A program made the position numbers and the translations under genes. Source: Octopus vulgaris (lineage: Eukaryota). Taken from it: a stretch of 64,000 nucleotides of DNA. Numbering within the stretch: position 1 is the first letter of the stretch; each line of letters starts with the position of its first letter. The stretch spans positions 36,704,001 through 36,768,000 of the forward strand of contig OX597836.1 in NCBI GenBank assembly GCA_951406725.2, in the 5' to 3' direction. This document shows positions 54,479-64,000 of this stretch, in pieces. A model generated the notes under the pieces. It was not told the DNA's origin, did not search any database, and saw only the letters and a list, made by a program, of their open reading frames with translations.

Positions 54479-54864
54479 TACAATAAGGATAAATACAAAA
54501 GGTTTGCTAATATATTGTATCCCAGTCACATACGACGTATAGCACGCGAATTGATGAACGATATAAGTCAAGAACAACGTTTCGTTAATCAGCTTTGCAG
54601 ACAGAGCTTTCAGTTCATCCCCAACTACATTTCCATTCGCTCTGTATGCTCCTGACGTGGTAGAATGTATGAGACTTCTGCAATTGAATGGTCTGTCTGT
54701 GCGTACACTTGCGATACTTGTAAGGATTCGGTTTTCTTTAGAATATAGTTGATTAATATAACACAAACATATAGCAAGAAATTCGCACATGGTCTTGTAA
54801 GAAGAAGAAACAGAATCAATCCTCGTGATATACATTTAGATATTTGATATTTTGAAGTTAGCAT

Positions 54865-55060
54865 GAGGCAGCGAGCAGGCAGAACCGTTGGCATGCCGGG
54901 CATTTCGACCATCTTTACGTTCTGAGACAAATTCCGCCGACGTTAACCCTTCCAGGATCGGTTAAAAAAAGTACCAACTGAGGAATGTGTGTCGATGCAA
55001 TTGACTATACCCCCTTCTCCCTAATTTTCTCATTATATGCTAAAATTTGCAGCCAATAAT
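54865..55060 (+). mobile_element. Degenerate SINE group C
   Basis: aggcagcgagcaggcagaaccgttggcatgccgggc..aaattccgccga. Confidence 0.7.
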
Positions 55061-55138
55061 TTAACTGTTAAGCTGGAAACAATTCATTCGACATTTTCCC
55101 GGACGCGCTACCGTTTCTGTCATCTCACAGTCTAAGCA

Positions 55139-55912
<774 letters not shown>

Positions 55913-55949
55913 GGCAGAAGGTTAACAATTCTGTGTATGAGGTTAGAGC

Positions 55950-56107
55950 GTGAATGAACTGGTCAGCTGGTCCTTATTTTATCGATATCGAGGGGTTGAA
56001 AGGCAAAGGTCGATCTCGGTGGAATTTAAATTCAGAACGTGAAGACGGACGAAACACCGCTAAGCATTACGCGTCGGCGTGCTAACAATTCTGCCAACTC
56101 GCCGCCT
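55950..56107 (-). mobile_element. SINE group C
   Basis: gaaaggcaaaggtcga..cagaacgtgaagacggacgaaa..ctgccaactcgccgcc. Confidence 0.8.
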
Positions 56108-56149
56108 GAATAATAACAACAAAAACAATAACAACAAGTACAACAACCA

Positions 56150-56777
<628 letters not shown>

Positions 56778-57477
56778 TATTTAGACATGGAGTTTAAAGG
56801 TCTCTGAGTTTCATTACCTTATTATTTCTGTTTATCTAAAATGTGACTTAATTATATTTAATACTTATGTTCAAATTGACCACAAAAGAACATGAAAATA
56901 ACATGAATTAATTTTTTTGATCTTTATAGTTAAAGAACCACTGACGTTATTGTTATACTTAAACCTCAATCATCTATATTATATTAATAGTACATATCCG
57001 ATGTTCTTTTTAATTCGTTAAAATTATATTTAATTCCTTGCATTATGTAGGTGAGACTCGACATAACTGTATATCCTTCATGCAGTGTGGGCGCATAGGA
57101 AACGTTCCTGAATAATTGGCAGAGATTATTGAACAACAAATGTTTATTATGTATCCGCTAATTGCTATGTCAGGACATCTTATAATATACTCGCATTACA
57201 TTTAATGGCAGTCACCCACCAAATTAACGACGCCTTTTAGGAAAGGACAACGCCCGTTAAAAATGGAGGACCGCTTTTAGAAATTTACTGTGGTGTTTGC
57301 TCGTAATATTTTGTTTTTCTTGAAATGGTTGTTACTCTCAGGCAATCCAGATTTCCTCGATGATCTGTATTGTTTTGATTGATTTGAGTAACATAGGAAA
57401 TATTTCATGTAAACACAAATAATAATAACGATGATGATGATGATGATGTTAGAAATAATAGTATAATAATAATAATA

Positions 57478-57513
<36 letters not shown>

Positions 57514-57549
57514 GTAGTAGTAGTAATAATAGTAATAATAATAATAGTA

Positions 57550-57582
<33 letters not shown>

Positions 57583-57588
57583 TTAGTA

Positions 57589-57624
<36 letters not shown>

Positions 57625-57660
57625 TTAATAATAATAATAATAATAATGATAATAATAATA

Positions 57661-58219
57661 ATGCCCTGATACAGTACCAAGCAGTGGCTCTCGTGGCTTC
57701 TGATCGTAAATGATTGGAAGTGTTGTCAGGTACATTGTTTTGTCTTGGTATAAAAGATGGGCTGCAGCAAATATTCTGCTCAAAGACAACAGATTTGCTT
57801 GTCAGTTGTTTGACCTTAACCAGTTGACCATGTCCCCTAGTGGCTGACTATATGTGAGTCTCTTATCACGAGTAGAAGTAGTATGGGAGCATCATAGCCA
57901 TGTGTTGAGAGGGATTCTTTGGGGTTTGAATAATTCACATCTGGAAACATGGGTGTTTCGTTCAACATCCTTAAGCAATCCTTATTGAGGGACCGTTTGA
58001 GCTGTATGGGTTACTTGACCAGAAGAAAATTCTAACTGGACCCCACCTGCAAGGTCATGCACTGTTTATCTTGATATGTGATCACCATGTCACGCACATA
58101 AGATTGTGATGCATGTGCTTAGTGTACCCTTATTAGACGGGTAGTCATGCTGGGTATACTGCGCTTCGTATATTTTACCCCAATGTCACTTTGATGGCAT
58201 GCACTGCTCTCTCACTCAA
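57661..58219. mobile_element. Unclassified ~560-bp GC-richer element between (AAT)n tracts
   Basis: sharp boundaries with (AAT)n on both sides; no long ORF. Confidence 0.5.
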
Positions 58220-58394
58220 TTATAATAATATTAATACTAATAATAATAACAACAACAACAACAATAATAAAAATAATAATAATAATAATAACCACCACTA
58301 CCATCACTACCAAATCCGGTAACACCACCAATACCACCACCACCACTACCACCACAACAACAACATCTAAACAAAAACACCAACAACGATAATT

Positions 58395-58900
58395 ATGTCT
58401 ACTATAGATGCAAGGAGGGAAATTTGGGTGGAAAGGACTAGTTTATTAGGGCGCTCCGAGTGCCCACCTGCTAAATATTTCAATGATGATGATTTATAGT
58501 AAACAAACTTTTCTAATAGACGTTTTGAATTAATAAAAAAGCGGTAATATAAATTCTTTAAAAGATTTGTTCTCTCCATTACCATGGAGAGAGAAAACAA
58601 CTCTATGAATCTCGTAGATGCTAATTGTAATTTATCAACGAGTTCCATGAATATTTCAAAAAACCTAGCTTCAACTTCAAATACATACACTCCCAAAGTA
58701 ATCATCCGGATTAATTAAAAAAGAACTTAATATTAATAAAATAATATCTAATTTATCTTCTAATGAGGGCATATTTAATAAACATATGAACCAATATAAT
58801 ATTGCTTTAAGTAATATGGGTTATAAAGATAAAATAAAATACTGTGAACCAATTAGTAATAATCATAAAAAGAATAATAACACAACTAAATATAATTCTA
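58395..58900 (+). pseudogene. Decayed Penelope-like RT fragment
   Basis: YFNDDDL..IKKR*YKFFKRFVLSITME..NLVDANCNLST..FKKP..KYIHSQSNHP matches PLE YRDD..LxIT..FLDVxLNL..KP..YI..SNHP. Confidence 0.7.
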
Positions 58901-59789
58901 ATATAAAAAAATAAGTATTTACGCAAACCTAATATAAACAACAACAATAATAATAGTATTGAAAATGGAAAAAAAAACTACAAATAGTTATAATGTAATT
59001 ACAAAATAACACACCCTTTTGATATGTAAACATATAACAAATAAGAAAAAGAAAAGATTACGTCTGTTTTGGTAATTAATAATTATTTATTGCTTTACCG
59101 CTACATTATTATTTCTCTTATATATATGTATGTATGCATGTTTGTATGTATGGATGTATGTATGTACATACATATGTGTGTGTATATGTGTGTGTATATG
59201 TGTGTGTGTGTGCATGTGTAGCCGTGAAACGTTGGTAAGTATCGAGCAGTCAGTGGTAGATATGAAAAACAATTTTGATGAATAATAATTGTTTATTGAA
59301 GGAGAAGGTTGTAGGCCTTTATCATATCGAAGTCTGAATAGCTGAAAATTGTTTCCTTATAATACAGAGTTAGCAAGTTCGGTTGCTATGGAAGCGAATG
59401 AAAATCCAAATTGAGTGAGTGGAGCAGGTAAAATCCATGCTCCATATGTTTCCACACTTGCAGCACCTCGGAATTGATAACCACTCAACGAGAGGTACTC
59501 CACAAGCTACACCTCAGACACATTCACCTTCATATAACCAAGGTATCGTTGGCCTGAGGAATAGCTAGTGCGGAAGATATTGTTGAGTAATTATTATTTC
59601 AGGGCTTATACTAGCGAGGAAAAATTATTTAATAGTAAATATGGCCTTTTTCGTAAAAGCATATTTATTCTTAAATAAATTTTACAGCGCCATATTTTCT
59701 TATATATTTATGTATTTATAGATTTTCAATGTGTTTTAATATTTTAATGACCGCTACATTTGTATTTTTAAAACTGATATATATATCGA

Positions 59790-59986
59790 TCCATGGCAGA
59801 ATACATAGTTCAATATTTAAAAAATGAGGAATTATGTACATTATTTACATAATTTACATTTGACGGATGTTTTTCCTCATCATGTTTGTTGTTAAGACAA
59901 CGCTTCGGCTGATATTATCTCCAACCTTCATCAGGTGCCTTGGGGAAATTTCGAACCTTGGTTCTCATTCCTAAGGTATTTTTTTA

Positions 59987-60025
<39 letters not shown>

Positions 60026-60785
60026 CTTGGAGTTAGCAGCTCGCGCTCTTAAGTCTACGCCATATACCCGTAGGCAAATATGGAGTGAATTTTAGGGCTA
60101 ATAAGTATAATATTATCATATTCTACACATATGCACTAGGTCTTCTTAGGAGGTTGTTGTGTCCTAGCATATTTGCTGCTTATTTTTGTTTTCGTGTTTT
60201 CCAGTGGTGTTCTCTGTTAATTATTTTAAATTCATGCCACAGGACGTGCTCCCTATTTTTCCATACACGATCAGCCATGTCACAGCTTTGCGATGTCTGT
60301 CTACCCTTATTTTGAGGGCGTGGCACGTTTCGCCTTTGTAGAACCTACCACAGCTGCATGGGGTGGAGTACACGCAATTCTTAGTCATATTCTATTCTAT
60401 TGGTGGTTTTACACGAAGGAGATACTTGGAAAGTGTTGTATTACTCTTGAATACTGTCCCGATGTCATATGGGCCTCATATATTTTGTATCTTTTCGTAG
60501 AGGCCTTTTACATAGGGTAGACAGATTGTGGATAGTTTATTGGTTTTATCCCTTCTTTTCTTCATAATTGCTGTGGATAGTGTTTCTTTGGGGGTAGTTG
60601 TTGCCTAATAGATTGTTATTGAGCTTGATCATTTCTTCGTGGTGCGTATCAAGATCACTACTTATATTCTTTGCACGATGTTTTAGGCACTGAGCAATCC
60701 CTCTCTTTACACTGTATGGATGGTGGGAATTGAAGTTGAGGTATCGTCCAGTGAAGGTCGGCTTGCGATATACGGACATCCTGAA
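59790..60785 (-). mobile_element. 5'-truncated Penelope-like element, same family as 30050-31062
   Basis: ORF 60546-60842 FRMSVYRKPTFTGRYLNFNSHHPYSVKRGIAQCLKHRA; GIY-YIG remnant; same pLTR. Confidence 0.88.
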
Positions 60786-60844
60786 TGTATACATACATAC
60801 ATACAAACACACACAGAGACACACACACAAACACAAACACACTC

Positions 60845-60882
<38 letters not shown>

Positions 60883-60898
60883 GTATATCTGTATATCT

Positions 60899-61208
60899 AT
60901 ATCACGTGATCACGTAACCGACCAGGCAATCAGATGTTGCTACACACCGCTGGTCACAAAGCGCTTCGAATTGTTTTAGCTTTCAAATGACGCCCCCCCC
61001 CCGCTGGCTAAGGGAGCAGGCCTACAGAAGAAAGAGAGACAGTTGCGGCTAAAGAGTACAGCAGGGATCACTCCCCCCCACCTGTCGGAGCTCCCGTGGA
61101 GCTGTAGGTGTTTTCGCTCAATAAACACTCACAACGCCCGGTCTTGGAATCGAAACCGCGATCCTACGACAGCGAGTCCGCTGCCCTAACAACTGGGTCA
61201 CTGCGCCT
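60899..61208 (-). mobile_element. SINE group B head with a third type of 3' tail
   Basis: head matches 34217-34390; tail tgtgtagcaacatctgat.gcctggtcggt.acg also seen at ~48316-48352. Confidence 0.82.
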
Positions 61209-61221
61209 ATATATGTGTGTA

Positions 61222-61289
<68 letters not shown>

Positions 61290-61290
<1 letters not shown>

Positions 61291-61605
61291 CAACAATTGA
61301 GGGTAAAATTAATTAATTATTAATCAATTTTACCAAGTATTCAGTATTTAAAGGGACCATTTAAGGCGAATTCAAATTATTACATTATATAAAAGGGCTT
61401 AGTAAAATAAATTACTTTGCCACATACTGAACTCATTAGAAATAGCAGCTAAAAAAATTTTTTTCATACTATTTCTAATACTTAAAGAAAATCTCTCTCA
61501 TAGATTTTCCTTAAGTATTAGAAATAGTATGAAAAAAAATTTTTTTAGCTGCTATTTCTAATGAGTTCAGTATGTGGCAAAGTAATTTATTTTACTAAGC
61601 CCTTT

Positions 61606-61613
<8 letters not shown>
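61290..61613. repeat. Fold-back element: ~111-bp arms 61384-61494 and 61502-61613 plus a one-sided extension, between (TA)n tracts
   Basis: arms near-perfectly reverse-complementary with a 7-nt loop. Confidence 0.92.
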
Positions 61614-61683
<70 letters not shown>

Positions 61684-62109
61684 TACATATATGTATGTAT
61701 GCATGTATATATATAACCTATCCTCTCCTACTATTGACTGAAGTTTCGCAGTTCCGATACAATAATCACAGGAATGCGTGCATCAGCTACATATATAATT
61801 CATCGACAGCATAGCAATAACGCAATATAAGTAGAAAGAATCGTGATGCAGTGTGCTTAAGATATCGTGATGAGACAAAGCGAAAATCACATACAAGAGA
61901 ATATAGGTAGAATGCGAGGATAATTCTGTAACGAGTCCACAAGAGGCACGAGGAAAATGATATTTCTCTCCTTTTTTTTATGTTTGGAAAGACTATTAAG
62001 TGAGAGTCAAACACAAAGGTGTGCATTTTGTGAACGGAAAGTAGGAAGAAATAATTAATTACTTCCGGACGGAGATCCTTCAAAGAAAATAGATGAATGA
62101 TTGAACATG

Positions 62110-62281
62110 AGGTGTAGAAGTGGCTGTGTGGTAAGTAAATTCTTTACCAAGCACATGGTTCCGGGTTCAGTCCCACTGCGTTGCACCTTGGGTAAGTGTC
62201 TTCTACTATAGCCTCGAATCAGCCTAAGCCTTGTGAGTGGATTTGGTAGACGGGAACTGAAAGAAGCCCGTCGTATATATG

Positions 62282-62314
<33 letters not shown>

Positions 62315-62572
62315 ATTTATATATATGTGTGTGTGTGTATGTGTGTGTGTGTATGTATGTTTGTATGTTTGTGTTTGTCCCCCCACCAACATCACTTGAC
62401 AACCGATGATGGTGTGTTTTACGCCCCGGTAACTTAGTGGTTCGGCAAAAGAGAGATATAATAAGTACTAGTCCTACAAAGAATAAGTCCTGGGGTCGAT
62501 TTGCTCGACTAAAGGCGGTGCTCCAGCATGGCCGCAGTCAAATGACTGAAACAAGTAAAAGAGTAAAAGAGT
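62110..62572 (+). mobile_element. SINE group A, full length, sense orientation
   Basis: agtggctgtgtggtaag..gggttcagtcccactgcg..(agtaaaag)n tail. Confidence 0.92.
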
Positions 62573-62947
62573 ATGAATTCAAGTCATGAAAGGAGTGATA
62601 TAATGTGGAGGGATTCGAAAACAGAAAAAAATATGTATATGTGGACACCACAACTATAAGAACATATCCAGGTGCCCTATGGTTAAAATAATATCGCCCA
62701 GAGAGGGGGAGATTTCTTCAGCTGTTTTTGTTTTGGATATCGGATTGGAAGGGATATAAGCCGGCGCTTGTGTGTCACTTAGACATATGACGGCACAGTC
62801 ATACATCGAGTTTTAGCGTTATGCTGTACACCAACCAGTACTGATAGTTGCTTTTCTGTCTGAGAGCTTTAGGCGGGCGGGATATTTTTCTTTCTTCTGT
62901 TCTGTTTATGCAGTAATGTCCATTCCATTATCAAAGTATTCGCTCAT

Positions 62948-62993
<46 letters not shown>

Positions 62994-63147
62994 TGTTTAA
63001 GAAAAATGTCCATTTCCTTGGATTTGTGTTTATGTTTTCGATTCTCATTCTGTTCGACGTTTTGGGGGTGTCCTGTACCCATGTATGTAGATGTAGGTAC
63101 GCATATATATGTATGTATATATGCATATGTTTTATTTATTAATTTGT

Positions 63148-63191
<44 letters not shown>

Positions 63192-63259
63192 ATATTATTA
63201 TATATATATATATATATATATTATTATTATATTATTATATATTATTATTATAATTATAT

Positions 63260-63311
<52 letters not shown>

Positions 63312-63409
63312 ATTATATATAAAGATTACAATAGAAATGCAAAGGCAAGCCGTTTGGGATCGCTTGAAAGAGATATGTAATTTAGATAGAGAAAATAGAT
63401 ATACATTAT

Positions 63410-63497
63410 CTCTTACAGCAGTTTCTAGAATAGCGAAGCGTATGCATCGTCATATTGAGTTAGGGTTCCATAGGCTGAGTAAACGATCGTCAGAGAG
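63410..63497 (-). ncRNA. Degenerate hammerhead-like motif
   Basis: reverse complement ctct-CTGACGA..GAAA-ctgctg-TA-agag; stem II poorly paired. Confidence 0.35.
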
Positions 63498-63727
63498 GGA
63501 GAAGTGCTGGAGATATAAAGGCGAGGAAAAATATCGAATACAGAATATAAGCGTATACCCGTTTGCCAACAGTTGGGGAAGGATCAGTATAAAATAGAAA
63601 TGCGTTAGGTAGATCCATGATCAAATGAATTATGCAGCTACAGGTAATATTCAGATGCAGCTTCGAATGACAACGTTGGAAGATAATCCATGGCCAGAGA
63701 TGTTGGATGTTATAGTCTCAGTTTTGA

Positions 63728-63758
<31 letters not shown>

Positions 63759-63768
63759 CGTATGTATG

Positions 63769-63821
<53 letters not shown>

Positions 63822-64000
63822 TTATATCTATCTATCCATCTACTTATCTATCATCATTGAAAAGAAACCGTTTTCGTCAGATGACTGCATAGGTTTCAAC
63901 CGGCTGTCTTAAAATATTCGTATCACCGAATGTGCGTTAAATTATAAGGCACAAAAAGAAAATGACTCTCCCCAGACACTACAGAATATGCTTCAACACA

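Noticed and set aside
54476-54930. 119-aa and 101-aa minus-strand ORFs as exons
   Set aside because: No recognisable domain; one starts inside a SINE; they overlap in different frames.
59551-59646. CTGAGGA..gctagt/actagc..GAAA as a hammerhead
   Set aside because: Spacing to GAAA and to stem I is inconsistent; at best a decayed remnant.

Overview
AT-rich, repeat-dominated eukaryotic DNA with no recognisable intact host protein-coding gene; it looks intronic or intergenic. The mix of tRNA-derived SINEs, (TA)n/(AAT)n/(GAT)n tracts and retroelements resembles an octopod cephalopod genome (inference, not verified). Most long ORFs in the track are microsatellite artefacts. The window holds three tRNA-derived SINE groups in many copies, several with target-site duplications (TSDs), dimers and one 5-unit array. 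It also holds decayed Penelope-like elements (PLEs), RTE, R4/Dong, CR1 and Gypsy fragments, and mariner-like and Merlin/hAT-like MITEs. The main hidden layer, read by eye, is about a dozen minimal type-I hammerhead ribozyme motifs (CUGANGA-stem II-GAAA-short palindromic stem III-UH). Most sit in short modules next to (TA)n tracts, and several lie in long near-perfect fold-back repeats. There is also an unexplained, highly diverged tandem duplication with a 303-bp offset at about 25.8-26.3 kb. Coordinates of degenerate elements are approximate.
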